IMG/VR virus record: IMGVR_UViG_3300006752_000009
DNA: 64,000 bases
Reading direction: 5' to 3' (one strand)
DNA from: a virus
Lineage: Duplodnaviria > Caudoviricetes
The first letter of the stretch is position 1; every line of letters starts with the position of its first letter. Shown here piece by piece: positions 10,201 to 19,760 of this stretch. The notes below the pieces were generated by a model. The model had not been told where the DNA came from. It saw nothing but the letters and a program-made list of their open reading frames with translations, and made no database searches. The position numbers were made by a program, and so were the translations under genes.

Positions 10201-11227
10201 TGGAACTGATGGTGCTGTCGGCACATCGGGTGCGATTACTACTAGCTCAGTAGTCAACTTTAGTACAGCTTCTCAAGGTGCGATTGTCTTTAACTCTGAT
10301 CTTGGTGGAGGTGCTAATCCAGCTGACGATGATGACTTTGGTCTTACAGTTAATCGTGGTGCAGAAGCAGACGCTAAACTTTATTGGGACGAGTCAGCAA
10401 CCACATGGCAGTTTGAGACAGGTAATGTACAGGTTCAGAACTCGCTTGTGGTTGACTCAGATGCTAATGGTGCGATCACAGTATCAGATGGTTCTATCGT
10501 ATCAGCTAGTGGTTCTATCAGCTTTGGTGATGACAACCTAACAACTACAGGTTCAATCACTTCTGCGAGTCCTGCCAACGCTACAGATGACACAACCGTA
10601 GCTACAACTGAGTGGGTTCGTGATCGTAGTATTGGCGATTTCTCTGATGTTAATCTTGCCGACTTTGATGCCAACGATCAGATCCTCGTATGGGATCAAG
10701 TTAACCAAGAGTTTAAAAAGGGAACATCGGTCTATAACGCTGAACTGGCGAGAGATGATGTCGGTTCGGCTCTAGCAGGTGGTACACATACTTTCACAGG
10801 TGCAGATGGAACAATCGCATTTACGAATGATGACGCTAATGATGTGATTAATCTCGCTCTAGGCATCACCACTGAAAACTTGAAAGATGTCTCGGCAGAC
10901 CAAGCAACCAACAATCAAGTCTTGAGGTTTACGACAGCAGAGGGTGCGAACCAAAACAAGTATGTTCCTACTACACTTGGTACAGCGGCTGATGCAGACA
11001 CAGGGCTTGATAATGGAGAAATACCAACACTAACAACTCACTATCTCTCAAATCAAAGCGAGACAGCAGACCTTATCCTAACAGGTAGAGTTCTTGAGAC
11101 TATTGACTATGGATTAGTATCCGAAGCCTTTGATGATGCTACCGATTACTCCATTGACATGAATGGTACAGGTTTAGGTGATACCGTTATTTATGGCTCG
11201 GAGGATTATGGGATGCTTGTAGTTTAA
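4292..11227 (+). CDS. giant tail fibre / receptor-binding protein 1 (~2,311 aa)
   Basis: Start re-assigned to ATG 4292 (AAGGAG RBS). Fibre repeats TLTALAG..ADKLIYATG, ANNLNDLADAGTARTNLGLG, LxDVxL..., TTTLNTATLDVED; C-terminal DYG motifs. Confidence 0.8.
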   Translation: MSSFGSGSTTTAGASITLRNYTGTDGNQAGTDGLVPGPGIAQAGYVLGAGGDWTLDVLAINDLADATNRIATTAFVQNRVAQIVAGGGGIVLGGLQDVDLAGLADDQLLQYNLADLEWQPVTLTLSLISDVDLAGLQDGNALVYDAAANNGNGGWVPGEGGGGGAGNLNELGDVTINGGADKHFLVRNAQGQYVNRLISTADLSDEADLVLETRGATFGAFDYDFTGANSITVKAPVGANDATTKTYVDTQVATKQPIDATLTALAGVVTVADKLIYATGADVFATTDFTNFGRTLIANANAGEARTDLGLGTSAVEDVGVFAQVANNLNDLADAGTARTNLGLGTSAVEPVGTFAQVANNLNDLADAGTARTNLGLGTAAESEVGDFLASNADIDDLGGISTAGKAEGKILKFNAQNNLVVADDEGKTQEEIEDIVGGMVDGNTETGITVTYQGADNTLDFVVDNTVVGFLAGNQTFNGDKTFTGAVDLTGATATGATQNASDNSTSLATTAYVDAQIDTDITALDLPNNYQGLNTNLTSISGLNIVDGSMVIGDGNNSFEILTIQLGVENFLKSTGRVAALSDVTVNNDALNNANHILVSTGAGGFESQTISTTNLSNSGDIVLETADATFGANTYDFTGATAITVPAPNNASDATTKTYVDTQVATKQTSDATLTALAGLATGAKKLIYSNTGDDDLEMIGLSDNAKTFISSDAELGDLDKVTIAGDIGNGNDGETLRWDGANLEWKNSKLAFGDLNQNVASTQNVALLNGEQTFSNNITFTAEVDLTGATATAETVANNNVEGNSTRIATTAFVKNVVNQVGGVSDLADLTDVALGADNGNGVAEEVGQVLRVSAVVNNVATFRNASLSFDDLSDTGNVVETDANATFGAFSYDFTGATITVPAPQNGAEATTKTYVDTEVGGKQDSNARLDDIAGLGVDNNHFIVADGANFTLESPTDAITSLGMGVGNNDLLIGTGANTFGTIATTANGRSFLASEAGVNDLSDVLIAGVANAQILVYDADGGANDNQWKNVSLSGDITISNAGVATIGALAVEEGMIANNAITTDKINNGAVTNAKLENSYVSITDGANTDTLPLGQTFTFNNVENETTVVVSADQGAGADGVEITIGLPDDVTIAQDLTVTRNLIVNGTTTTLNTATLDVEDTIIRLNKGVMDLNDGAGGANPNDIGLFFERGTTGDDAIFYWDEGDDFFKLGLTTNDDHEATDFGATTTPGGLQIGSLELRDNLATSLVVKEGANAYLTFDTSDGTEKVVFGKVFEAVSASKIGNVEISDGQIQTTAGNNNLSFNDNNLTTTGTANFGATTVDSLDASNGGITQAGAISGITSLAGASMDLLLTDNDADALDIREAGLGSYLTFDTTDAQGQVVVNEGGADIDFRVEGDNSDHLIFTQASTDRVGINTNNPTALFHVNGNSILVGDLTQSGGAVVFNNDLGDNDFRVAGDNQANLLFVDASADSVGIGKNNPSKTLDISGTVAISSTLEVAGKTTLAGSLDLTTGSATGITFRSEIADGGVDADQILLRVNQGGGGPAYKSIKWVAADDRFSVESSLKSEGNFIVGDNQFIANATNGNLTVGGTATINNADGTADLIVQNNGVDVLNVDASAGTTTVTGQLKTDDLRAKTADGGGDDFKIRIEDNVPNALEISDATNALSFMVFDTSDNAELINLNQDTSFTLDATFKREISIENTNSNGLFFNSNRAGVASEDATLITIEGGNNKNDAVLIWDTSDNALNLNAEAQVHLQGLNGSNALTIGGALVANATIVMTTAGAITLDGTLDSPTINTDKITDKTADGLVIELADGLNGSALLVSDAGGANYLTINTDAQTLTFNEDANFDASATFDTTVEVTGITTLNDSLKVNKAGSDTGIIFNADRGAGEDINAQDFDALLLHVENGGSNATDAYFKWDDSESSFKIEGGKLFSATEISIGSEAGNALTKNLTIGTDGAVGTSGAITTSSVVNFSTASQGAIVFNSDLGGGANPADDDDFGLTVNRGAEADAKLYWDESATTWQFETGNVQVQNSLVVDSDANGAITVSDGSIVSASGSISFGDDNLTTTGSITSASPANATDDTTVATTEWVRDRSIGDFSDVNLADFDANDQILVWDQVNQEFKKGTSVYNAELARDDVGSALAGGTHTFTGADGTIAFTNDDANDVINLALGITTENLKDVSADQATNNQVLRFTTAEGANQNKYVPTTLGTAADADTGLDNGEIPTLTTHYLSNQSETADLILTGRVLETIDYGLVSEAFDDATDYSIDMNGTGLGDTVIYGSEDYGMLVV
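5216..5431 (+). repeat. 99-nt (33-aa) tandem repeat, ~2.2 copies, in fibre 1
   Basis: LGLGTSAVE.VG.FAQVANNLNDLADAGTARTN repeated at 5216, 5315 and partially at 5414. Confidence 0.85.
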
Positions 11228-11240
11228 TAGTCTATTTATA
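11228..11240 (+). promoter_or_regulatory. class B promoter-like motif
   Basis: tagtctatttata immediately after the fibre-1 stop, upstream of fibre 2. Confidence 0.6.
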
Positions 11241-11285
11241 CCTAACCAATATAGAAACAGATAGTCCGATTTAAGGAGTCCAATC

Positions 11286-14200
11286 ATGGCTGTAAGAAGA
11301 GTCCAACTAAGAAGAGGCACTACCAATGACCACACAAATGGTGGTGGCTTTACTGGTGCTGTAGGTGAGATCACCATAGACACAACCACTAAATCCATTC
11401 GTGTTCACGATGGTGGTCAAGCAGGTGGCTTCGACCTCATGCGAGCAGATATGTCTAACAACCTCGCAGTCACCGGGGACATCAACTTCACTGATGATGC
11501 CCATGTGATTGGAGGGGCAATCAACACAGGTGGAGATGCCACACACATTCTCGATCTTGGTGCGGCTAATACCACTGTTCGTGTTCGAGGTACATTAAGT
11601 GTTGCGAACCAAACAACGCAAAATGACCTCCTTATCGAAAATAAGGTTATCGTTCTCGCTGATGGCGATGAGGGTGAACCAAACAGCAATGACTCTATTG
11701 GTATCCTCTTTACTAGAACCTTAGATACTCAAGATCCTGCTCAAGCCCAAGACCCTGCATTGCTTTATTGGGACGAAGCGGCTGATCGCTTTAGGCTTGA
11801 AACCAACGATGTTACCGAAGCAGACGCGGATTGGAGAGCAGGAGCAACTGGTGCCGATTTAACTCTTAGGACTCTATATGCTCAGACTTCGGTTGATGTT
11901 AATGACGGAAACATCACCAATGTTGGACAGATTTCTTTGGCCTCAATCACTTTTGCTGACGCAGGTGCTTTCATTACGGTTACTGCCGAAGATGCTCTTG
12001 ATGGTAAGGCATTTAATCTAAATGATGGAGGTGGTACTGAATACCTCACTATCAACACAAATGCTGAGTCTACCACTCTAGGTGTACCTGCTAAGACAAC
12101 GACTATTAGATCGAATACTGTAGATTTAGGAACAGACGCCGCTAATGATGTCGCTTTAGGTGTTGTAGCTCGAACAGGGGCTAATAATGCAGGTCAGTCT
12201 TTAACCATCTCAGCAGGTTCTGCTCCTACAGGTGGAGGTGAGAACCTTGATGGTGGTGATCTTATCCTTGCAACAGGTGCAGGTGATGGAACAGGTACAG
12301 CTTCTATTCAGTTCCAAACTAAAGTTTCTGGTACTGATACTGTAGCCGAGCGTATGCGTGTCCACACTAATGGTAATGTGGGTATCGGTGAAAATGCACC
12401 CGATACTCTCTTACACATTTCTGGTGCTGATACAGCGACTCTCACTCTTGAGAATACTACAGGTGGTAATGCTCAAGATGATGATCCCTCGACTATCTCA
12501 TTTAAGGGTAATGCTCAAGTTAAGGCTCTAGCACAGATTGTAGGTGCTCACGATGGGGTGGCAGATGACGATAAGGGTGTTCTTATCTTCAAGCCAAATA
12601 ATGATGCCGACCCCACAGAAGCTCTTAGACTCGACTCGGCTCTTAAGGCTACTTTTGCAGGTGCTGTAGAAATCGCTACCTCTCTCGATCTGACTGATGG
12701 TGCGATCAACAATGTGACTACTATTGATCTCGATAAAATTACAGATCGGGCGAATGATGGTATTGAGATTGAACTCCAAAACGGACAAGCTAGTGCGTTA
12801 GTTATTGATGACACAAATGGTGATACATTCTTAACAATTAACGCAGACGCTAATACGATTACGCTTGGTCAAGCGACTACGCTTTCTTCGACACTCCAAG
12901 TGGACGGTGGTACTGCTACCATTCAAGGTGTTGAGGGTGGAACTGCTTCTCTTTTCCTCAATGCTGATGAAAGTGATGATGCAGGTGATAATTGGAGAGT
13001 CCAAGCTACAGATCATGCTACGAGAACTCTTGCCTTTGCAGGTGAGAATGACGCTGGTAATGGTTATGTAGATGTTCTTACTCTTACAGGTGCGAATACA
13101 GAAGCGACTTCCTCTGCTACTGTTAAGGGAACACTTATTGTAAATGGAGAAATCCAATCTGCGACAGACCTTGTTTTCCAAGTAGACAACGACAATAATG
13201 GAGACAACAAGTTCTCTTTCCAAGATGGTGATAACTCAGAGGTCGCTTCACTTACAGAAGCAGGTATCCTTACAGTCACAGGGTTATCCAACCTTAATGG
13301 TGGCATTGCAGTTGATACCAATAAGTTCACTGTTGCAGGTGATGACACTGGTAATACAGCGACTAAAGGAACGCTCACAGTTAGTGGCAATACAGTAGTT
13401 GGTGTTCAAGGTGAAGGTAGCCCGAACCTAAGCGTTATAAACAACGGAGGAACGACCACCTTTAGCGTAACAGGTGCGACAGGGAATACGGCTGTCGCAG
13501 GTACGACTACTCTAAGCAACACCCTTAACATCGTTCAAGGTGTTGCTAGTGGTATCGTGTTCAACTCTGATCGTGCTAACGAGGCTGACCAAGATGCCTC
13601 TCTGATCTTAGTTAAAGACGCAGATGGTGGTACTGATGGTGCTTTTGCTTGGGATGATGGGTTAAACACCTTCTCATTCAGTGGTAGTAAGCTCAACTCT
13701 GTACTCGACTTTAGCGTTGGTACTCTCGCTACACCATCGACTACTATCAGTGCTACAACAGGTGCGATTGCTACAGCAGGTACAGCACCTGTTCTTACAC
13801 TAAAGAACACTACAGGTGGTAATGGTGACGCTGATAGTCCAACACTAATTAACTTCCAAGATGACGATGGTGCAGACCTCGCTCGTATTCAAGGCTCTCA
13901 CGATGGTGGGGTTGACGATACTAAGGGTGATTTGATCTTCTCTACCAATGGTGGTGGGGGTCTTTCAGAAGCTCTTAGACTTGACTCGGCTAATCTTGCA
14001 ACTTTTGCAGGGAACATCACAGCTCAAGACATCACAGCGAGTAATGGCACAATCACTGTAGGTGCTAGTGGAGCTTCGATTGTAGCGACTGACGCTGATA
14101 CACTTACGATCACAGAAACTACCATCGTAGCCGCAGGCAATCTCCAAGTTAATGGAAACATTACAGGTGCTAATGAGGCTAAAGAAATCTTTGTGGCGAG

Positions 14201-17200
14201 TGTGGCTGAAGCAAGCACCATTACACTTGGTGGAGGTGGTACAGTCGTTTCGGGTGGTAAACTACGACTCGGTTCAAACATCATCGAGAACTCTGCTTCG
14301 GAGACTACGATCACTCTTGATGCCAATCAGAGAACTACTCTATCGGGTGATCTTGCTGTAGTCGGTGGTGCTAATGGTGGTTTAGGGGCGACCACAATCT
14401 TACTTGGTGCAGATGCGGCTAGACACTCAGCGATTAAAGTTGTGGCTCGTACAGGGGCTAATGATGGTCAAGACCTCACTATCGAAGCAGGTTCAAGTGC
14501 TACCAATCAAGTAGACCAAGATGGTGGTGATCTCATCCTTTCATCTGGTGGCGGTGATGGTACAGGTACATCAGATATGGTCTTTAAGACTAAGATTACC
14601 AATGTAGACGCACCGACTACAAAGATGACTCTCAAGGGTAGTGGTAGATTGGGTCTTGGAGAGACAGCTCCAGACACTCTCTTACACTTGTCTAACGCAT
14701 CTTCTCCAACCATCACTTTACAGAACCTCACAGCTTCTCAAGCAGAAGATGGTCGTTCGAGTGTGATTAAGTTTGTTGGTCAGAACAATGCAAACACAGA
14801 GGGCGAACTCGGAAACATTACCACAGCTCACGATGTGGGTAATGCGACAGCCGCAGGTAAGATGGTCTTTAGCTTGTTCAACAGTGTTGATAATGCTGTA
14901 GGCTCGGTCTTGACCCTCGACTCTGCTAAGAAAGCTACCTTTGCTAAAGATGTTGAGATCACAGGTGACCTCATCGTACAGGGGGATACCACTACGATTA
15001 ATACTGCAACTCTCGATGTTGAGGATGCAGTTATTCGTATTAACAAGGGTGTAGCAGGTGGGGCTAATGCCAACGACATCGGTATCTTCTTTGAGAGAGG
15101 TACTGATGGAAATGACGGTATCTTCTTTTGGGGTGATGATGAGAGCTATTTCATTCTCGGTACGACTACAGCCGCTCACACAGCAGTAGACTTTGCAGGT
15201 TCTACAACACCTAGTGGGTTGCAGATTGCTTCTCTTGAACTAAGAGATGATAACGCAACCTCCCTCGTCATTAAAGAGGGAGCGAACGCATACATTACCT
15301 TTAACACACTCAATGCCGATCCGGGTGCAGGTAATGAGCAAGTAGAGTTCGGAAAGATCTTCACAGCCATTACAGGCTCAAAGATTGGTAATCTTACTCT
15401 TGCTAATGGGTCAATCACAGATAGTGGCAGTGCTATCAGCTTCGGTGATAACACACTAACCACAAGTGGTCTTGCGAGTCTTGACGGTGGTATTGATGTC
15501 AATGGTGAAGTGTTCACAGTATCAAATCTTGGTGCGACTGTTATCAAGAATACTTTGACGCTTAACAACGCAGGGTCTACCTCTGACCTTGATGTTCAAG
15601 CTAACGGAACATCAGTCTTTAAGGTAGATGTGTCAGCACTAGACGCTATTGTTGGTGCAACTTCAACGCTCTTTACGAATAAGATCCAAGCTACCTCAGA
15701 TGCTGACGATTCGCTCCAACTTTACCTCAAAGACAATACAGCTCTTGGTCTTGTTGTTTCAAATGTGAGCGACGATGTTGACTTTATCACAGTTAAGACA
15801 ACGACAAACTCGGAGCTTATCACTCTTGTTCAAGCAACCTCTATCAGCGAGACTTTAGAAGTTGTTGGTAATGCGACCTTTGATGCTGAAGTAAACATCG
15901 AGCAGGCGAATACCAATGGTATCTTCTTCAACTCGGATCTTGGAGCGAACCCTTCAATAGACGCTACTCTTATTACAGTTGAGGGTGGTAATAACAAGGG
16001 TGATGTGGTTCTCGCTTGGGACACATCAGATAACGCTCTTAACCTTAACGGGAACTCACAGGTTCACCTACAAGGTCTGAATGGATCAAATGCTCTAACG
16101 ATTGGTGGTGCGTTGGTAGCTAACGCTACAATCACTATGACTACAGCCGGTGCGATTACAGCGACCTCAGCGACTTCGGCTTTTGCTTCGGGAACTACCA
16201 TTGGTAATGTGACTTACAGCAATAATGAGATTGCAGGTGCGACTGATACCACTCTAACGATTAAAGCTGAGACTGATCTGATCTTCCAGATTGACTCTGA
16301 CAACGATGGTGGAGATGTTCAAAAGTTCTCGTTCCTAGATGGTGCAGGAACAGAAATCGCTAACCTCAGTGAAGTTGGTGATCTTCAGATTGATGGCGAT
16401 CTTAGTGTTGATGGTGGAGACATTACCCTTACAGGTGGTCAAGACACCAACGCTGAGATTGAACTTAAGTCTGATGCAGGTGATGACGCTGGTGATAGTT
16501 GGAACATTTTAGCGACAGCTAATAGCGATCAACTCACCATTGGTAATGACAAGGCAGATAAGGGTACTTACGAACCAATTCTTACCCTTGTTGGCAATGC
16601 GACAGCGACTGACACTACAGCGACTTTTGCAGGTGATGTACTACTTAATGGTGGTGATCTTACTGTAAGGAACAAAGTAAACGCAGGTCATGCTGTAATC
16701 ACTTTGATCGCTGACTCAGCAGGTGACGCTGACGGTGATGATAACGGAGATGTTTGGAAACTTGATGCCTCAGATGACTCGCAAACTCTTACAGTTTTCA
16801 ATAACATTTCGGGTGGTGATGTTGCACAGCTTACCCTTGTTGGTAATGGGACAGCGACATCGGGTCTAGCAACCTTCGCAGGTGATGTAACGCTCAATGG
16901 TAGTGATCTCACAATCACTTCACCAGACGCTACAGCGATTATCAACATTCAATCACACTTAGGTGATGCGAATGGTGATAGTTGGAAGATTACAGGTTCA
17001 GATGAGAATAATCGTACTTTGACCTTTAGTGGTCAGAATACAGGTAATGCGAACTATCAAAATGTACTTGTTTTAACTGCTAACGACACCTTGACTGACT
17101 CATTGGCTACCTTTGGTGGTGAGGTGACGATTTCGGGTACAGGCACTAACGCACTTGATTTCTCGGCTAATAACATCACCATCGGTAATGCGATTGCAGG

Positions 17201-18245
17201 TAATACTCTTACTCTCGGTGCGAGTGCTTCGACAGTTGCTATCCCAGGTGATCTTACTGTAGCGACTACTAAGAGCATTACGCTCAATAATGGAGTCGCA
17301 AACGCGGCTGCTGATGTTGACGCTTATATCTATGTAGATCGTGGTGCTGATGACGATGTGGCTATCCGATGGGATGAGGGTACTGATCGTTGGATGCACA
17401 CTCTTGATGGCACTAACTATTATAACATTGTCAATGAGAACGATGTCCTATTCATCATAAATGGTGATAAGGCAGGTACAGACACGATCTCTATTAAAGA
17501 GACTGACGAGAGAACAGTTCAGTTCAAGGGTCTGACCGTTGGTACAAATCGTGGGTTCCAGTTCGATGTTGATAATGCCAATAACACTGTCGAGTTGAGC
17601 TTTGAAGATCAAGTTATCATGCCCGACTCTCTCACAGTAAAGGGCATCTCGACAATTGAGGGTCAGCTTTTTGTCGAGTCAAATGACATTGACTTTGACT
17701 CGGAAAACGCAACTATCGGTGCTAGTATTGGTGCAAATACGATTACCCTCGGTGGTGCTAACTCTACTGTGGCTGTTGCAGGTTCACTCGTAGTTAATGG
17801 AACATCTATTGATGTAGATGGAGCTTCGGCTCTTACTGTTGGTGCAACCGTAGGTGCGAATGATCTTACACTTGGTGGTGCGACTTCTACTGTTGTTTCA
17901 GCAGGTGATCTCAAGGTTGAGGGTAATCTCGTATATGACTCATCAACTCTTACGCTTGACGGTAATGGTGAGATTACAGTAACGAAGCCTTACCATAAGG
18001 TTGAGGTTAACAACCAAGCTAATAACTCTGAGGATCTTGTATCAATCAACGCCGCAGGTGTGGTTGCAGGTACTGTTTTGGTCTTACAAGCTAACCATAC
18101 GGATCGCTCTGTTGTGGTAAAGAACACCAACTTCAAGTTAGCAGGTGATGCAGACTTTACCCTCGATAATACTGAGGACACCATTTCGTTGATCTATAAC
18201 GGAACTCATTGGTGTGAGTTGACTCGATCAAGCAATAACGCTTAA
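11286..18245 (+). CDS. giant tail fibre / receptor-binding protein 2 with Mtd_N-like N-terminal domain (2,319 aa)
   Basis: N-terminus VQLRRGTT..H..FTGAVGEITIDTTTKSIRVHDG...GG matches the major-tropism-determinant N-terminal type domain. G/T/N/D/A-rich beta repeats; shares modules with fibre 1. Confidence 0.8.
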   Translation: MAVRRVQLRRGTTNDHTNGGGFTGAVGEITIDTTTKSIRVHDGGQAGGFDLMRADMSNNLAVTGDINFTDDAHVIGGAINTGGDATHILDLGAANTTVRVRGTLSVANQTTQNDLLIENKVIVLADGDEGEPNSNDSIGILFTRTLDTQDPAQAQDPALLYWDEAADRFRLETNDVTEADADWRAGATGADLTLRTLYAQTSVDVNDGNITNVGQISLASITFADAGAFITVTAEDALDGKAFNLNDGGGTEYLTINTNAESTTLGVPAKTTTIRSNTVDLGTDAANDVALGVVARTGANNAGQSLTISAGSAPTGGGENLDGGDLILATGAGDGTGTASIQFQTKVSGTDTVAERMRVHTNGNVGIGENAPDTLLHISGADTATLTLENTTGGNAQDDDPSTISFKGNAQVKALAQIVGAHDGVADDDKGVLIFKPNNDADPTEALRLDSALKATFAGAVEIATSLDLTDGAINNVTTIDLDKITDRANDGIEIELQNGQASALVIDDTNGDTFLTINADANTITLGQATTLSSTLQVDGGTATIQGVEGGTASLFLNADESDDAGDNWRVQATDHATRTLAFAGENDAGNGYVDVLTLTGANTEATSSATVKGTLIVNGEIQSATDLVFQVDNDNNGDNKFSFQDGDNSEVASLTEAGILTVTGLSNLNGGIAVDTNKFTVAGDDTGNTATKGTLTVSGNTVVGVQGEGSPNLSVINNGGTTTFSVTGATGNTAVAGTTTLSNTLNIVQGVASGIVFNSDRANEADQDASLILVKDADGGTDGAFAWDDGLNTFSFSGSKLNSVLDFSVGTLATPSTTISATTGAIATAGTAPVLTLKNTTGGNGDADSPTLINFQDDDGADLARIQGSHDGGVDDTKGDLIFSTNGGGGLSEALRLDSANLATFAGNITAQDITASNGTITVGASGASIVATDADTLTITETTIVAAGNLQVNGNITGANEAKEIFVASVAEASTITLGGGGTVVSGGKLRLGSNIIENSASETTITLDANQRTTLSGDLAVVGGANGGLGATTILLGADAARHSAIKVVARTGANDGQDLTIEAGSSATNQVDQDGGDLILSSGGGDGTGTSDMVFKTKITNVDAPTTKMTLKGSGRLGLGETAPDTLLHLSNASSPTITLQNLTASQAEDGRSSVIKFVGQNNANTEGELGNITTAHDVGNATAAGKMVFSLFNSVDNAVGSVLTLDSAKKATFAKDVEITGDLIVQGDTTTINTATLDVEDAVIRINKGVAGGANANDIGIFFERGTDGNDGIFFWGDDESYFILGTTTAAHTAVDFAGSTTPSGLQIASLELRDDNATSLVIKEGANAYITFNTLNADPGAGNEQVEFGKIFTAITGSKIGNLTLANGSITDSGSAISFGDNTLTTSGLASLDGGIDVNGEVFTVSNLGATVIKNTLTLNNAGSTSDLDVQANGTSVFKVDVSALDAIVGATSTLFTNKIQATSDADDSLQLYLKDNTALGLVVSNVSDDVDFITVKTTTNSELITLVQATSISETLEVVGNATFDAEVNIEQANTNGIFFNSDLGANPSIDATLITVEGGNNKGDVVLAWDTSDNALNLNGNSQVHLQGLNGSNALTIGGALVANATITMTTAGAITATSATSAFASGTTIGNVTYSNNEIAGATDTTLTIKAETDLIFQIDSDNDGGDVQKFSFLDGAGTEIANLSEVGDLQIDGDLSVDGGDITLTGGQDTNAEIELKSDAGDDAGDSWNILATANSDQLTIGNDKADKGTYEPILTLVGNATATDTTATFAGDVLLNGGDLTVRNKVNAGHAVITLIADSAGDADGDDNGDVWKLDASDDSQTLTVFNNISGGDVAQLTLVGNGTATSGLATFAGDVTLNGSDLTITSPDATAIINIQSHLGDANGDSWKITGSDENNRTLTFSGQNTGNANYQNVLVLTANDTLTDSLATFGGEVTISGTGTNALDFSANNITIGNAIAGNTLTLGASASTVAIPGDLTVATTKSITLNNGVANAAADVDAYIYVDRGADDDVAIRWDEGTDRWMHTLDGTNYYNIVNENDVLFIINGDKAGTDTISIKETDERTVQFKGLTVGTNRGFQFDVDNANNTVELSFEDQVIMPDSLTVKGISTIEGQLFVESNDIDFDSENATIGASIGANTITLGGANSTVAVAGSLVVNGTSIDVDGASALTVGATVGANDLTLGGATSTVVSAGDLKVEGNLVYDSSTLTLDGNGEITVTKPYHKVEVNNQANNSEDLVSINAAGVVAGTVLVLQANHTDRSVVVKNTNFKLAGDADFTLDNTEDTISLIYNGTHWCELTRSSNNA

Positions 18246-18709
18246 TAGCTAATAGATCCTAGCAGGAAGATTGAAGCACTTAGTCCTACAAGCAACAGTT
18301 GAGCGTTTCTGACATGGGGATAGCTTAATCCCCAAGCATCACAGTATCTCTTGATGTCGCTTGTAGGACTAAAGATAAATGAGCCTCTGATTGTATCGAC
18401 CAAACCACCTCCGACCAAGATGATCCAAAAGATGTTGAGGTCGGCTGTGAAAGGTAATGCGATCAGAGCTATTGCGTCTGGTATTCGTGGTGCAAAAGAA
18501 ATCCATGCCCTTTGGTCTAGGGTGATGGTTTCTTTTTCATATTCGTAGCTCACAGAGGCGAACACAAAGCCGAGTCTTGGGTGGTTATGAGGATAGATCC
18601 TCATGGAGTAAGATTTGACACCCACGAGCTTTTTAGCAGTTAGTAGGTGAGCGTACTCATGTATGTAAGCCCAGACGAAATAGGATAGGATAGCGTACAA
18701 AACGAACAT
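18242..18709 (-). CDS. membrane zinc metallopeptidase-like protein (HExxH)
   Basis: Hydrophobic segments with AYIHEYAH, plus AP and SDI motifs as in M50/zincin-like membrane peptidases. Confidence 0.55.
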   Translation of the reverse strand: MFVLYAILSYFVWAYIHEYAHLLTAKKLVGVKSYSMRIYPHNHPRLGFVFASVSYEYEKETITLDQRAWISFAPRIPDAIALIALPFTADLNIFWIILVGGGLVDTIRGSFIFSPTSDIKRYCDAWGLSYPHVRNAQLLLVGLSASIFLLGSISY

Positions 18710-18765
18710 GGGATCTCCTTTTTGTTTGGTTTTGTAGATATGATGGTAATATGGGGTGCGATTTT

Positions 18766-18778
18766 TAGTTTGTTTATA
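18766..18778 (+). promoter_or_regulatory. class B promoter-like motif
   Basis: tagtttgtttata upstream of ORF 18825. Confidence 0.6.
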
Positions 18779-18824
18779 GGTAGAGTATAGACAACACTAA
18801 TCTACACCAATGGAGTATAAATAA

Positions 18825-19760
18825 ATGAGTGACTTTACATTCAAAAAAGGAACATTCGTTCAACTCAAGGCAAACTCAACCATTCATCTCGGTCGCCTTG
18901 AGAGGAACATCTATGAGGGAGACATCGTTGAGTTTGACGGTTTTTCACTCAAGTTCAATGGTCAGCAGACAGATATGCCAGAGCTTAAGGCAGGTTTAAA
19001 GCGAGGTTGGTTGGCTCTTGTCGAGGGTGATGTGAGTGAGCCTGTAGCAGAAGTCGCTCCTGCTCCTGTCCCTGCTAAGAAAGAGATGCCTGTTCAGACT
19101 GTTTATGACGAGGAGAGAGCAGTTGCAGAGGTTAAACCAAAGGCAGTGAAAGCCCCTAAGAAGTTCCCTCTCGTGGTCGAAAACCAAGATAACGACATTC
19201 GTCCTGTCGCTAAGGTAGAAAACAAGTCTGGTGCTGACATTGCTGGTGCTTCTAGTGCAGGCGATGGAATTGCTGAGTCTCAAGGAGCAGAGTCTGTAAG
19301 CACAATCAAGCTCAAGACAGCGGCTAATACTAAGACTGTGATCTCAGACGGTTCACAGGCGAGTGAAGAGATTTCTAAACTCGACAATATACAAGTTCCT
19401 GTGACCAAGACTGCTAATGAAGATCCTGTGGTTGAGGAAGAAGAAGCTGACGATCTTTTTGAAATCGAGATTGAGGAAGAAGATGAGCAAGATGAGCAAG
19501 ACTTAGAAAACGCTCAAATCCTTCAAGCGATTGATGGGGATGTTGATCCTGCACAGGGAGCTGTTGCTGTCGGTAAGGACAACTCAAAGATCAAAGTTCT
19601 TCCTGGTGGGATCGAGTGGGATACCTCTAAGCATTGGAGCAAGAGAGCGAAGATTGCCCTAGAGATGTACGGTGATGACCAAGCAACTCTTGAAGCAATC
19701 ATGGCTGTTGAGACTAAGGGAGTCATCACAGCGATCCAAAAAGGCATCGAAGAAGGCTAA
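18825..19760 (+). CDS. hypothetical acidic protein (likely late)
   Basis: 311 aa, GGAG RBS, Pro/Ala/Lys linker and E/D-rich tract; class B motif upstream. Confidence 0.7.
   Translation: MSDFTFKKGTFVQLKANSTIHLGRLERNIYEGDIVEFDGFSLKFNGQQTDMPELKAGLKRGWLALVEGDVSEPVAEVAPAPVPAKKEMPVQTVYDEERAVAEVKPKAVKAPKKFPLVVENQDNDIRPVAKVENKSGADIAGASSAGDGIAESQGAESVSTIKLKTAANTKTVISDGSQASEEISKLDNIQVPVTKTANEDPVVEEEEADDLFEIEIEEEDEQDEQDLENAQILQAIDGDVDPAQGAVAVGKDNSKIKVLPGGIEWDTSKHWSKRAKIALEMYGDDQATLEAIMAVETKGVITAIQKGIEEG

Noticed and set aside
5119-18184. Numerous antisense/alternate-frame ORFs inside the fibre, repeat-fibre and sheath genes
   Set aside because: Shadow ORFs caused by codon bias and stop-poor repeats; no RBS or recognisable motifs.
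11286-18245. Diversity-generating retroelement suggested by the Mtd_N-like domain
   Set aside because: No reverse transcriptase and no TR/VR pair differing only at adenines was seen in the window; Mtd_N is a common fibre-attachment domain.
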